Of a stretch of 64,000 bases of DNA, positions 39,083 through 49,420 are shown in pieces. The notes beneath the pieces are model-generated. The model made no database searches. It was given only the letters and a program-made list of their open reading frames with translations, and had not been told where the DNA came from. A program made the position numbers and the translations under genes. The DNA lies in the NCBI GenBank assembly GCA_963823335.1, contig CAWGLD010000001.1:1408001-1472000 (forward strand). Direction: 5' to 3'. The stretch's first letter is position 1. Each line of letters begins with the position of its first letter. The stretch is from an uncultured delta proteobacterium (lineage in GTDB: Bacteria; Desulfobacterota; Desulfobacteria; Desulfobacterales; B30-G6).

Positions 39083-40264
39083 ATGATTAACAGAATCATA
39101 CTTATTATTTTGGACAGCCTTGGCGTGGGTTCACTTCCCGATGCAGCCGTATTCGGCGATGCGGGGGCTGCTACGTTGCCGCACATCTACGCGCATCAAA
39201 ACAGGCTGGAAATCCCCCATTTATGTTCCCTGGGTCTGGGAGAAATCGTTTCCATCGGCTGCGGTCCCGGTACTGTTTCAGGCGCCTATGGCAAGATGGC
39301 GGAGCAATCGTCCAACAAGGACACCACTTCCGGGCACTGGGAGATTGCCGGTCTGGTTTCAAGAGAAGCCTTTCCGACCTATCCGGATGGATTTCCCTTG
39401 GATGTCATCCACACTTTCGAAGAAAAGATCGGGGTAAAAACCCTTGGAAATTATCCAAGATCCGGCACATTGATCCTGGAAGAATTGGGGCAACGCCACC
39501 TTGATACGGGTTTCCCGATCGTGTACACATCGGCCGATTCCGTATTCCAGATCGCTGCCCATGAGACGATTACCTCGTCGGAAACCCTCTATGGCTATTG
39601 CCGGATCGCCAGAAATATTTTGAAGGGTCCGCATTCCGTCGCAAGGGTGATTGCAAGACCTTTCAAGGGAAGACCGGGACAGTTTGAAAGAAAAAACAGC
39701 CAGCGAAAGGATTATTCCATTGAACCCCCTGCAAAAACGCTTCTGGATATCTTGCACAGCGCGGGGTTTCTGACGGTCGGCATCGGCAAAATCGGCGATA
39801 TTTTCGGCCACAGGGGACTTACGGAAGAGATCCACACCAATAACAACCTGCATGGCCTAGAGATGACCTGCGAAGCCATGCAGCGCCATGGAGATGGCAA
39901 AGGACTGATTTTCACCAATTTGGTGGACTTCGACATGCTCTACGGACACAGACGGGACGCAGAGGGCTATGCCATGGCGCTCCAACAGTTTGACGAAAAC
40001 CTGCCCCGAATCATCAACAGCATGTCGAGCAAGGATATTCTGATAATTACCGCCGACCACGGCTGCGACCCCACTTACACGCATCATACCGATCATACCC
40101 GGGAGTATGTACCCCTGCTGGTATACGGTGAAGCAGTCAAACAGGGGGTCGCCCTCGGTATTCGGGATACGTTTGCCGATTGCGGCCAGACCATCGCCGA
40201 TCTTCTGGGAGCGGGCAAGCTCCTTAACGGAAAGAGTTTCAAAGATGACATCGTATGCGAATGA
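39083..40264 (+). CDS. deoB: Phosphopentomutase
   Basis: LDSLGVG, KDTTSGHWE, YTSADSVFQIAAH, NLVDFDMLYGHR, TADHG; start 39077 or 39083. Confidence 0.96.
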   Translation: MINRIILIILDSLGVGSLPDAAVFGDAGAATLPHIYAHQNRLEIPHLCSLGLGEIVSIGCGPGTVSGAYGKMAEQSSNKDTTSGHWEIAGLVSREAFPTYPDGFPLDVIHTFEEKIGVKTLGNYPRSGTLILEELGQRHLDTGFPIVYTSADSVFQIAAHETITSSETLYGYCRIARNILKGPHSVARVIARPFKGRPGQFERKNSQRKDYSIEPPAKTLLDILHSAGFLTVGIGKIGDIFGHRGLTEEIHTNNNLHGLEMTCEAMQRHGDGKGLIFTNLVDFDMLYGHRRDAEGYAMALQQFDENLPRIINSMSSKDILIITADHGCDPTYTHHTDHTREYVPLLVYGEAVKQGVALGIRDTFADCGQTIADLLGAGKLLNGKSFKDDIVCE

Positions 40265-41072
40265 ACAGGTTATGGAGGCGGTTAGCTTTCTGAGACAGCG
40301 TCTTTCTGTGGCTCCGGCAGTCGGGATTGTCATGGGCAGCGGGCTGGGCGGACTTGTGGAAGAAATGGAGCGTCCCACCCGTATCCGGTATACAGACATA
40401 CCCCATTTCCCCGTATCTTCGGTAAAGGGGCATGCGGGTGAAGTCGTTGTGGGTTGTCTTTCAGGCAGGCATCTTTTCGCCCTTTCCGGAAGGGTCCATT
40501 GTTACGAAGGGCACCCGCTGGAAACCGTTGTGCTTCCGATAAAAGTCATGGCCTCTTTCGGCGTCAGGTATGTTATTTTGACCAATGCCGCCGGCGGTAT
40601 CAATCATAATTTTTCGCCCGGTGATATCATTGTCATCACCGACCATATGGATCTAATGTGGAACATTCCTCTGAAATCGTCCCTGGGATTGCAGCGTTCC
40701 AAAGAAATATACGATTCCACATGTAGAAAGAAGGCCGCTTGTGCTGCCGTGGAAGTTGGTGTAACACTCAAGACGGGTGTTTATGCTGCACTATCAGGCC
40801 CGTCCTATGAAACACCCGCAGAAATAAGGGCCCTGAGGATCATGGGCGCAGACATGGTGGGCATGTCAACCGTTCCGGAGGCGACTGAAGCGTGTCGATT
40901 GGGCATGAAGGTGCTGGGGTTTTCATTTATAACGAACCAGGCAGCTGGATTGAGCCAAACACCCCTATCGCATCAAGAGGTCATTGAAACCTCGCTACGC
41001 CATTTAGGGACCGTTAAAAAATTTATTAAACAGGTCATTAAAAACCTGGACCCGGCAACCACGGGCACCTGA
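40245..41072 (+). CDS. punA: Purine nucleoside phosphorylase (trimeric type)
   Basis: GSGLG, GRVHCYEG, TNAAGG, GPSYETPAE, VGMSTVPE, TNQAAG. Confidence 0.92.
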   Translation: MTSYANEQVMEAVSFLRQRLSVAPAVGIVMGSGLGGLVEEMERPTRIRYTDIPHFPVSSVKGHAGEVVVGCLSGRHLFALSGRVHCYEGHPLETVVLPIKVMASFGVRYVILTNAAGGINHNFSPGDIIVITDHMDLMWNIPLKSSLGLQRSKEIYDSTCRKKAACAAVEVGVTLKTGVYAALSGPSYETPAEIRALRIMGADMVGMSTVPEATEACRLGMKVLGFSFITNQAAGLSQTPLSHQEVIETSLRHLGTVKKFIKQVIKNLDPATTGT

Positions 41073-41098
41073 AATCGTTCAAGCCCTGAACCGAAAAA

Positions 41099-41188
41099 GC
41101 GAGCGCATTCCCCGTAGGTTCTGCCGTTCGGCAGTGCTTCGCATGCTGCGGGATTAGCGAGCGAATCTAAATTCGACAGAACTCCTTA
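41099..41188. repeat. Interspersed palindromic repeat, copy 2
   Basis: Same element as 14021-14086 with a ~25-nt internal insertion. Confidence 0.8.
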
Positions 41189-41217
41189 TCGCGCGATAAC
41201 AACAGGTTATTAGTATC

Positions 41218-42549
41218 ATGAACACCTACGAACTCATTAAAAAGAAACGGGACGGCCGATCACTATCGACAGAGGAGATCGGATATCTGATCAACGGCTA
41301 TACCAACGGCCATATCCCGGACTATCAGATGGCTGCCTTTTTGATGTCGGTCTATTTCAAGGGCATGAACGCTCGTGAATGCAGGGACTTGACCATGAAA
41401 ATGGTTGACTCCGGAGTGTCTGTGGATTTGTCTCCCATCAAAGGCTTTAAAGTCGACAAGCATTCCACGGGAGGTGTGGGGGACAAGACAACCCTTGTGC
41501 TGGCACCTCTGGTGGCTTCCTGTGGCGGTATTGTGGCCAAAATGTCCGGCAGGGAACTGGGCCATACGGGTGGTACTGTTGACAAACTCGAATCGATTCC
41601 CGGGATGCGGACAGATTTTACCCAGGATCAGTTTATCGATATTACCAACCGGGTCCATGTGAGCATCATTGCCCAAACCGAGACACTGGCGCCGGCGGAC
41701 AAGCGGATCTATGCCTTGAGAAACGTCACGGCTACCGTGGACGCCATTCCGCTGATAGCCAGTTCGATCATGAGCAAGAAACTGGCTGCCGGTGCAGACG
41801 GTATCGTTCTCGACGTCAAGACGGGTGCCGGAGCGTTTACACCCCTTTATGCAGACGCCGTGAAGCTGGCAAAAACCATGGTCGGTATCGGCGAAGGTTT
41901 GGGCAAGAAGATCACCGCTTTTATCACAGGAATGGCGCAACCGTTGGGATATGCCGTCGGAAACGCCTTGGAAGTCAAAGAAGCCATCGATACGCTCAAT
42001 GGATCGGGGCCGCCCGACTTGACGGAACTGGTGCTGACATTGGGCAGTGAAATGCTTATGCTGTCCGGAATAGGTCAATCCCATTCGGAAGCAAAAGCGA
42101 TGTTGAAAGCACAACTTGCCAATAAAAAAGGGGCCCGGAAATTAAAGGCCTTTATAGAAGCCCAGGGGGGTGACCCGGGGGTGGTCGAGAACACCGGTCT
42201 GCTGCCCCGGTCCAGAACAATCCTCCCGTTGGAATCGGATAGCACGGGCGTCATTCAGGGGATCGACGCGCTTGAAATAGGGATGGCCGCTAAGCTACTT
42301 GGCGCCGGCAGGCAGACCAAGGAGGACGCCATCGACCTGTCCATCGGTGTGGTCTTGTGCAAAAAAGTCGGCGATTCCGTCCAGAAAGGTGAACCCCTGG
42401 CAAGGCTTCACTCGGACGGAGACGCTGCCAAAATCGATCCTGCCGTTAAACGGTTGTTTAGGGCCTACACCATCGGTCCTGAAGCTATCATCCCGCCGAG
42501 GCTTGTTCTGGCAAGGATTTCCGGCGATACCGTCAAAGAGGTGAATTGA
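41218..42549 (+). CDS. pdp: Pyrimidine-nucleoside phosphorylase
   Basis: DKHSTGGVGDK, KMSGR.LGHTGGT, SSIMSKK, PLG.AVGN. Confidence 0.95.
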   Translation: MNTYELIKKKRDGRSLSTEEIGYLINGYTNGHIPDYQMAAFLMSVYFKGMNARECRDLTMKMVDSGVSVDLSPIKGFKVDKHSTGGVGDKTTLVLAPLVASCGGIVAKMSGRELGHTGGTVDKLESIPGMRTDFTQDQFIDITNRVHVSIIAQTETLAPADKRIYALRNVTATVDAIPLIASSIMSKKLAAGADGIVLDVKTGAGAFTPLYADAVKLAKTMVGIGEGLGKKITAFITGMAQPLGYAVGNALEVKEAIDTLNGSGPPDLTELVLTLGSEMLMLSGIGQSHSEAKAMLKAQLANKKGARKLKAFIEAQGGDPGVVENTGLLPRSRTILPLESDSTGVIQGIDALEIGMAAKLLGAGRQTKEDAIDLSIGVVLCKKVGDSVQKGEPLARLHSDGDAAKIDPAVKRLFRAYTIGPEAIIPPRLVLARISGDTVKEVN

Positions 42550-43496
42550 TGAGGGCAACCCGCACAGATCGATTCGAATCGGTCTTGAGCACATTCCCGA
42601 AGTCTGTCCAGCCACTTCTGCGATACCTGCCACAGCAGGGGGGCCAACTTTCTCCAGAAGCGTGTAACACCCTCATGGACCTGCTGGATCTGTCCGTGGA
42701 AGAGTTGATGATGCGTCTCCTGCCGTTGGCAAAAGTTTTTACCCTGGCATCGGTGTCCAATTTTCATGTGGGTGCGGTTGCACTGGCAAAAGAAAATTCT
42801 GCTGATGGACCAAAGCATCTCTACCTGGGGGCCAATATGGAATTCGAGCACCTGGCCCTGAACATGTCGATTCATGCAGAACAAGCGGTGGTCGTAAATG
42901 CCTGGCATCACGGAGCGCGTCGTATCAAAGCCATTGCCACCTCCGAGCTTCCCTGCGGACATTGTCGCCAGTTCCTACAGGAGCTTGGCGGCAGCACCGA
43001 TCTGATGGTTCTGAAGCCTGTTGGGCAAGGGAATGACTATCACGCAAAGCAGTTATCGGAAATCCTTCCCACAGCTTTTTCCCCAACGGATCTGGGCAAC
43101 AGCCAGGGCTTTATGGCAGCCCCCGAAACAATCCGACATCTCGGGCTGGTACACCCGTCGGACGATCCGTTGATTCAGGCGGCACTATCGGCTGCCGTGG
43201 CATCCTATGCCCCATATACCGGGAACCTTGCCGGCTGTGCGCTAAAGACCTCGCAAGGGGAAATTGTAAACGGGCGCTATGTGGAATCCGTCGCCTACAA
43301 CCCGAGCATATCACCGCTCCATTCGACACTATTGCGGCTGAATCTGATGACGCTTGAGGACAAGTATGCCATCGAGCGCATTGTTCTGGTGGAAAGACCT
43401 ACACGTATCCGCCAGAAAGATCTTGTGGAAATGCTGATCAGATCGTGGATGCAAGAGGCCGAACTCGAGTATTATATTGTCCAAGAGGAGGAATGA
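42549..43496 (+). CDS. cdd: Cytidine deaminase, long homodimeric type
   Basis: GANMEF, HAEQ, PCGHCRQF, second domain SYAPYT...ESVAYNPS; TGATG overlap with pdp. Confidence 0.93.
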   Translation: MRATRTDRFESVLSTFPKSVQPLLRYLPQQGGQLSPEACNTLMDLLDLSVEELMMRLLPLAKVFTLASVSNFHVGAVALAKENSADGPKHLYLGANMEFEHLALNMSIHAEQAVVVNAWHHGARRIKAIATSELPCGHCRQFLQELGGSTDLMVLKPVGQGNDYHAKQLSEILPTAFSPTDLGNSQGFMAAPETIRHLGLVHPSDDPLIQAALSAAVASYAPYTGNLAGCALKTSQGEIVNGRYVESVAYNPSISPLHSTLLRLNLMTLEDKYAIERIVLVERPTRIRQKDLVEMLIRSWMQEAELEYYIVQEEE

Positions 43497-43498
43497 GC

Positions 43499-44197
43499 AT
43501 GAAAGACCAATTGGCAAATGCCACCATCACATTAGAAACCATGGCAAAGGCAATCGATCATACCGCACTGAAACCGGATGCACTGCAAACCGAGCTGGAT
43601 ATTCTCGCTGAAGAAGCCATGACACATGGCTTTGGTGCCGTGTGTGTCAATTCGTGTCATGTCAAACGGGTTTCCGACATGCTGAAAGATAGCGGTGTTC
43701 ACGTATGCTCTGTCGTTGGGTTTCCCCTGGGGGCCATGCACACAACGGCCAAGGTATGCGAAGCGGAAACAGCGATAGAGGACGGGGCTGTGGAACTCGA
43801 TATGGTCTTGAACATAGGCGCTCTCAGATCCGGGGATTTTAAAACTGCACAAGCAGATATTCAGGCGGTGCGTGAAGTCACCGGCCCCGACATAATTCTC
43901 AAAGTGATCATCGAAGCCTGTCTGTTGACGGAAAAGGAGATAATGCTGGCCTGTAAAATAGCCATGTCGGCCAATGCGAACTTTGTCAAAACCAGCACCG
44001 GTTTTTCTAGCGGGGGTGCAACCATTTCAGATGTCAGGCTGATGAAGCAAACCGTTGGCGACACTATGCAGGTCAAGGCCAGCGGCGGTATCAGGGACTG
44101 GGATACCGCAGCAGCCATGCTTAGGGCCGGTGCCAGCCGCATCGGCACCAGTTCCGGTGTGACGATTCTTCAAAACGCACCTGAAAAGCAGCGATGA
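43499..44197 (+). CDS. deoC: Deoxyribose-phosphate aldolase
   Basis: IDHTALKP, VVGFPLGA, FVKTSTGF, VKASGGIR, RIGTSS. Confidence 0.96.
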   Translation: MKDQLANATITLETMAKAIDHTALKPDALQTELDILAEEAMTHGFGAVCVNSCHVKRVSDMLKDSGVHVCSVVGFPLGAMHTTAKVCEAETAIEDGAVELDMVLNIGALRSGDFKTAQADIQAVREVTGPDIILKVIIEACLLTEKEIMLACKIAMSANANFVKTSTGFSSGGATISDVRLMKQTVGDTMQVKASGGIRDWDTAAAMLRAGASRIGTSSGVTILQNAPEKQR

Positions 44198-44364
44198 AAC
44201 GCCTGTACAAGGGACGATAATATGCTTGCAATAAACCTCCCGAGCAATTAATATCGCTCTGCAAAGGCTGCAAAGACATTTCTTTTTTGCTGACGTATCC
44301 TTTCTGGTATCTATCGGACTATGTTTTTCGTTCTATTCATAATTCAGAACAATGAGGAGGACCT

Positions 44365-45372
44365 ATGAAAAGATTCAGATTCATCCACCTGATGTTGGTC
44401 GCGATCGCATTATTGATCTGTTTCGGCACCCCGGCAATGGGTGCAAAACTAAGAATCGCCATGGTCACCGATGTGGGGGGTGTCAACGATCAGTCATTCA
44501 ACCAGTCGGCCTGGGAGGGACTCCAGCGATTGGAGAAAGACTTCGGTATCAACGTGGCATACAAGGAATCCAAGCAGGACGCGGATTATGCCCCTAATAT
44601 GGAAACCCTGACCGATGCCGGGTTCGATCTGATCTGGGGAATCGGTTTTCTGATGGGCGACGCCATCAAGACCACGGCACAAATCAATCCAGACCAGAAG
44701 TATGCCATCATTGATTTTGCCTATGGTCCTGAAACCCCCAAAAATGTGTCCGGTGTGGTATTCCAGGAAGAGCAACCCTCCTTTCTGGTGGGCTATATCG
44801 CCGGCAAAATGACGAAAACCAACAAAATCGGTTTTGTGGGTGGCATCAAGTTTCCCCTCATCGAAAGATTCGAATATGGCTATATGGCCGGGGCCAGGAT
44901 GGCCAATCCCAAGTGTGAAGTCCTGTCCCAGTACGCGGAATCTTTTACCGATGCTGCCAAGGGCAAAGCCATTACCAACAATATGTATCAAAAGGGTGCC
45001 GACATTGTTTTCCACGCCTCCGGCGGTGTCGGTGACGGCGTCATCGAAGCGGCCAAGGAAAAGGGCAAATGGGCCATCGGTGTGGACAAGGATCAAAACT
45101 TTCTGGCACCGGACAATGTGCTTACCTCGGCCATGAAACGGGTGGACAATGCCATATACGATGTGGGCCACAAGTTGAAAGAAGGTCAATGGAACGGTGG
45201 CGAAACCGTGGTTTACAATCTTTCCAACGACGGTGTCGGCATCGCTCCGACGTCTAAAAAACATGTTCCGGCCAATATTCTGGCCGAGGTGGATCAATTG
45301 GTCGCCAGGATCAAAAAGGGAGATTTCAAGGTACCCTCCACCAAGGCCGAATTCGATGCATTCAAGTTCTAA
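44365..45372 (+). CDS. BMP family nucleoside ABC transporter substrate-binding protein
   Basis: DVGGVNDQSFNQ, AIGVDKDQ, SAMKRVD; signal peptide. Confidence 0.92.
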   Translation: MKRFRFIHLMLVAIALLICFGTPAMGAKLRIAMVTDVGGVNDQSFNQSAWEGLQRLEKDFGINVAYKESKQDADYAPNMETLTDAGFDLIWGIGFLMGDAIKTTAQINPDQKYAIIDFAYGPETPKNVSGVVFQEEQPSFLVGYIAGKMTKTNKIGFVGGIKFPLIERFEYGYMAGARMANPKCEVLSQYAESFTDAAKGKAITNNMYQKGADIVFHASGGVGDGVIEAAKEKGKWAIGVDKDQNFLAPDNVLTSAMKRVDNAIYDVGHKLKEGQWNGGETVVYNLSNDGVGIAPTSKKHVPANILAEVDQLVARIKKGDFKVPSTKAEFDAFKF

Positions 45373-45483
45373 CCCGACTGGATAACGTCCTTGGCCACTT
45401 GTCTGATGTCGTTCCCCGGTTGTGCTTTGCATGGGCTCTGACCAAGCGCGCAGGGTTTAGAAAGATCATGGAAAACGAGCAAG

Positions 45484-45509
45484 CCGGCCCTTTTGAACAA
45501 CAGGGCCGG
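45484..45509 (+). terminator. Stem-loop after the SBP gene (mRNA stabiliser or partial terminator)
   Basis: CCGGCCCT...AGGGCCGG inverted repeat with no U tract. Confidence 0.4.
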
Positions 45510-45590
45510 TGACGCTTCCAATATCATCCCCACAAACGGACCCCGCCGGCGTCAACGCCTTGTACTGGAACGAAAACCCGCAAAGGAGAC

Positions 45591-47129
45591 ATGCATGTGA
45601 CGACCATCGATTTTTCCCAAAAAGTCGTTGAGATGATCGATGTAGTAAAAAAATTTGGTGATTTTGTCGCCAACGACCGGATCAGTTTAACGGTACACAA
45701 AGGCGAAGTGCATTCGCTCTTGGGGGAAAACGGAGCCGGCAAGACGACCCTGGTGAACTGTCTTTACGGTCTCTACCGTCCTACCCAGGGCAGGATTTGC
45801 ATCAAGGGGCAAGAGGTCGAAATCAGCGATCCCAATGTGGCTATCCAGCACGGTATCGGCATGGTTCATCAGCACTTCATGCTGGTGGATACCTTTACGG
45901 TTACCCAGAACATCATTCTGGGGAGAGAAACCACCAAAATGATGGGGATTCTCGATATAGCCGCTGCCGAGAAAAAAGTGTCCGAGATTTCCGAACGCTA
46001 CGGATTGGCCATCAACCCCCGGGACAGGATTCAAGACATCTCCGTCGGCAGCCAGCAACGGGTGGAGATTCTAAAGGCTCTCTACAGGGGCGCTGAAATT
46101 CTGATTCTGGACGAGCCCACCGCCGTTCTGACCCCCCAGGAGATCCAGGAGCTGGTGACGATTATCCGCAACCTCACCCAAGAGGGCAAGTCCATCATCA
46201 TCATCACCCATAAACTCCACGAGATCAAACAGATGGCCGACTATTGCACCGTTATCCGACGAGGTAAATTTGTCGATACCGTTGAGGTGGATAAGATCAC
46301 AGAACAGGAGCTGGCCTCCATGATGGTGGGTCGTGAAGTTTCCTTTATGGTGCAGAAAAAGGTTCAGCAAAAAGGGGCGCAGATTCTTGCCATCCAGGAT
46401 CTGGTGGTAAAGGACAACCGGGGTATTGCGGCTGTTAACGGGCTCAGTCTGTCGTTGTACAAAGGGGAAATTCTCGGTATTGCCGGGGTGGACGGCAATG
46501 GTCAATCCGAGCTTGTGGAGGCGCTGACCGGGCTGCGCAGGGTTGCCGGGGGAACCATCACCCTGCATGGCAAGGAGATCACCGGATCGAATCCCAAGGA
46601 AGTGATCAACCGCTGTAACATACGTACCATCCACGAAGACCGGCAGAAAAGAGGCCTGGTCATGGAGTTCGATGTGGCCGAAAATCTCATTCTGGAAACT
46701 TACCACGACAGCCCCTTTTCCAATCACGGGATGTTGAACCATGAGAAAATATATGCCTGGGCCGATCACTGCACCGAGGCGTATGATATCCGCCCCGCGA
46801 ATCCTTATCTGGCGGCCAAATCCCTGTCCGGAGGGAACCAGCAAAAGGTGATCATTGCAAGGGAGGTGAGCAACGACCCCGAAGTCCTGATTGCTTCCCA
46901 GCCCACGCGGGGTCTGGACGTGGGAGCCATCGAGTATGTCCACACGGCATTGGTGAATCAGCGGGACAGGGGTAAGGCGGTACTGCTGATATCCTTCGAT
47001 TTGGACGAGATCATGAATGTGTCTGATCGCATTGCCGTCATTTTCGAGGGTAAAATTGTGGGAATTGCCGATGCGATCGGTGTCGATGAGAACGAAATAG
47101 GCCTCATGATGGCAGGGGGCAGCCCATGA
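45591..47129 (+). CDS. Nucleoside ABC transporter ATP-binding protein (two ABC domains)
   Basis: GENGAGKT, MVHQHF, LSGGNQQK, PTRGLDVG. Confidence 0.94.
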   Translation: MHVTTIDFSQKVVEMIDVVKKFGDFVANDRISLTVHKGEVHSLLGENGAGKTTLVNCLYGLYRPTQGRICIKGQEVEISDPNVAIQHGIGMVHQHFMLVDTFTVTQNIILGRETTKMMGILDIAAAEKKVSEISERYGLAINPRDRIQDISVGSQQRVEILKALYRGAEILILDEPTAVLTPQEIQELVTIIRNLTQEGKSIIIITHKLHEIKQMADYCTVIRRGKFVDTVEVDKITEQELASMMVGREVSFMVQKKVQQKGAQILAIQDLVVKDNRGIAAVNGLSLSLYKGEILGIAGVDGNGQSELVEALTGLRRVAGGTITLHGKEITGSNPKEVINRCNIRTIHEDRQKRGLVMEFDVAENLILETYHDSPFSNHGMLNHEKIYAWADHCTEAYDIRPANPYLAAKSLSGGNQQKVIIAREVSNDPEVLIASQPTRGLDVGAIEYVHTALVNQRDRGKAVLLISFDLDEIMNVSDRIAVIFEGKIVGIADAIGVDENEIGLMMAGGSP

Positions 47130-48253
47130 AATTGAGTGCGGGGCTTATAAGAAACAGATTTTTGAACGGTTCCCTGGGACTGACCCTGATTTCGATCTTG
47201 CTGGGATTTCTGTTGGGGGCCATCGTTCTGCTGGTGGCCGGTTTCAACCCTCTGGAAGCGTACTGGGTTATCCTCAAGGGGATCTTTTCACGCTCCAAAT
47301 ACATGTCCTACGTGATCATCTACGCCACACCCTTGATCATTACGGGGTTGTCCGTGGCCTTTGCCCTGCGTACCGGTCTGTTCAATATCGGTGCCGAGGG
47401 ACAATATATCGTGGGTGCCATTGTGGCTGCCGCCGCAGGCTATTTTTTCAAGCTGCCCCTGGTCCTGCATGTGACCGTGGCTGTGGGGCTGGCGATGATC
47501 GCGGCTGCAATCTGGGGCGGACTGGCTGGTTACATCAAGGCCCGTTTCGGGGTTCACGAGGTGATCTCCACCATCATGCTGAACTGGATCGCCCTCTACC
47601 TTTCCAATTTTGTGATTACCCTGCAAGCTTTCGGCAGTCAGGGGACCGGTAAATCCTATGCCATTCAGTCCACCGCCAGGATCAATCTGTTGAGTGACTG
47701 GAAGCTCTCAGAGGCCGGTTTCGAGTTTATGCGCAGCCATAGGGTACTGGGAGATATCCTCAAGACCCCCATCAATCTGGGTATCATCTTTGCCATCCTG
47801 CTGGCCGTTCTGGTGTGGTACATACTCAACAAGACCACCCTGGGCTATGAACTGCGGGCCGTCGGTTTCAATCCCCATGCGGCTGAAGCCGGGGGCATCA
47901 ATGTAAAGAAAAGCATGGTGATCTCCATGCTGATCTCGGGCGCACTCGCCGGAGCGGCGGGGGCCTTTCAGGTGCTGGGGGTCAGCCATCGCATCGCAAA
48001 ACTGGCTGCCATGGAGGGCTATGGGTTCGACGGCATCGCTGTCTCGCTGATCGGCAACAACACCGGGGCGGGCAGTGTTCTTGCAGGCCTTTTATTCGGT
48101 GCCCTGAAGTACGGAGGGTCAAAGATCCAGGACGTCATGCAGGCACCCACCGAGGTGATCAACATCATGATCGGAACCATTATTCTATTTGTGGCCATGC
48201 CGAAATTGATACGGCTGATCCTGACTATTTTAGAGAGACGGGCGAAGAACTGA
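47126..48253 (+). CDS. Nucleoside ABC transporter permease
   Basis: GLFNIGAEGQ, EVISTIMLN, GYELRAVG, GFDGIAV. Confidence 0.92.
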   Translation: MKLSAGLIRNRFLNGSLGLTLISILLGFLLGAIVLLVAGFNPLEAYWVILKGIFSRSKYMSYVIIYATPLIITGLSVAFALRTGLFNIGAEGQYIVGAIVAAAAGYFFKLPLVLHVTVAVGLAMIAAAIWGGLAGYIKARFGVHEVISTIMLNWIALYLSNFVITLQAFGSQGTGKSYAIQSTARINLLSDWKLSEAGFEFMRSHRVLGDILKTPINLGIIFAILLAVLVWYILNKTTLGYELRAVGFNPHAAEAGGINVKKSMVISMLISGALAGAAGAFQVLGVSHRIAKLAAMEGYGFDGIAVSLIGNNTGAGSVLAGLLFGALKYGGSKIQDVMQAPTEVINIMIGTIILFVAMPKLIRLILTILERRAKN

Positions 48254-49206
48254 TGGAAGCAATCATAAAAGACATGGGATTTATTATCGGGACGACGCTG
48301 ATGTACTCGACCCCCTTGATGTTCACCTCCCTGGGAGGTGTCATTACCGAGCGCAGCGGTGTGGTCAACATCGGTCTGGAAGGCATGATGTTCTTCGGTG
48401 CCTTTGTGGGCGCCACCGTGGCTTATTTTTCCCACAGTCCCTGGCTGGGTTTTGTTTGTGCCGGGCTGGGCGGAGCGTTGCTGGGCTTGATCCATGCCAT
48501 CGCCTGCGTTTCCTTTGCTGCCGAGCAGATTGTTTCCGGAATTGCCATCAACTTTCTGGGGCCCGGTTTTGCCCTTTTCCTGAGCCGCCTGTTTTTTGAC
48601 GGGGCTACCCAGACTCTTACGATACCTGAAAAAATTCCTTTGCCTTTAAGCTTTTTGTTTGGAGAGGGAAAACTATTCAAATCCGCCGGCTTCATGGATC
48701 TCATGTTCAACCGCTTCGCCACCGTTTACCTGGCTTTTATCCTCGTAGCCGTGGTCTGGTTTGTGCTTTACAAGACCAAGATCGGTATGCGTGTCCAGGC
48801 CGTGGGGGAGCATCCCGAGGCAGCCGATACGCTAGGTATCAGTGTTTACCGTATCCGCTATGGCGCCGTCATGGTTTCCGGTTTTTTGGCCGGTCTGGGC
48901 GGGGCTGCCATGAGTATTGCAGTGGTCTCCCGTTTCAGCAATACCTTGATATCCGGGCACGGCTTTATCGCCCTGGCAGCCATGATTTTCGGCAAGTGGA
49001 AACCCCAGGGCGCCATGCTGGCCTGCCTGCTTTTTGGCGCTGCCAAAGGCGTGGAGATCTATCTGGGTGCCAGGGGGTTCCCGGTGCCTTCCAGCCTGCT
49101 GGCCATGCTGCCCTATATTCTGACCATCATCGTGCTGGTGGGTGTCGTGGGAAAGACCACGCCTCCGGCAGCCATTGGAAAAATTTTCGATAAAAGCGGC
49201 AAGTGA
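48253..49206 (+). CDS. Nucleoside ABC transporter permease
   Basis: ERSGVVNIGLEG, GEHPEAADTLG, GFIALAAMIFGKW. Confidence 0.92.
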   Translation: MEAIIKDMGFIIGTTLMYSTPLMFTSLGGVITERSGVVNIGLEGMMFFGAFVGATVAYFSHSPWLGFVCAGLGGALLGLIHAIACVSFAAEQIVSGIAINFLGPGFALFLSRLFFDGATQTLTIPEKIPLPLSFLFGEGKLFKSAGFMDLMFNRFATVYLAFILVAVVWFVLYKTKIGMRVQAVGEHPEAADTLGISVYRIRYGAVMVSGFLAGLGGAAMSIAVVSRFSNTLISGHGFIALAAMIFGKWKPQGAMLACLLFGAAKGVEIYLGARGFPVPSSLLAMLPYILTIIVLVGVVGKTTPPAAIGKIFDKSGK

Positions 49207-49420
49207 AGAGACTTCTCTCCCGGCCTGAAATATCCCCATGACGATGACGACAAATGAAATAGCGGATTGATCTTTATGGTTTTAATTCGTATACTACCTT
49301 AAGGTGTAAGGTCGACAATTCCTCGTTGTTTTAGGGGCGAAATGGAGAGCCCGCTTGGGGGTCTGCGCGGCTCTTCAATTATTTTTTTCAATCGAGAACA
49401 GCTGTAAAAGGAGAAAATTA

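Noticed and set aside
49207-49420. Searched this and other intergenic regions for tRNA-Pyl or a riboswitch
   Set aside because: No cloverleaf with a CTA anticodon and no recognisable riboswitch core seen by eye; an Infernal/ARAGORN scan would be decisive
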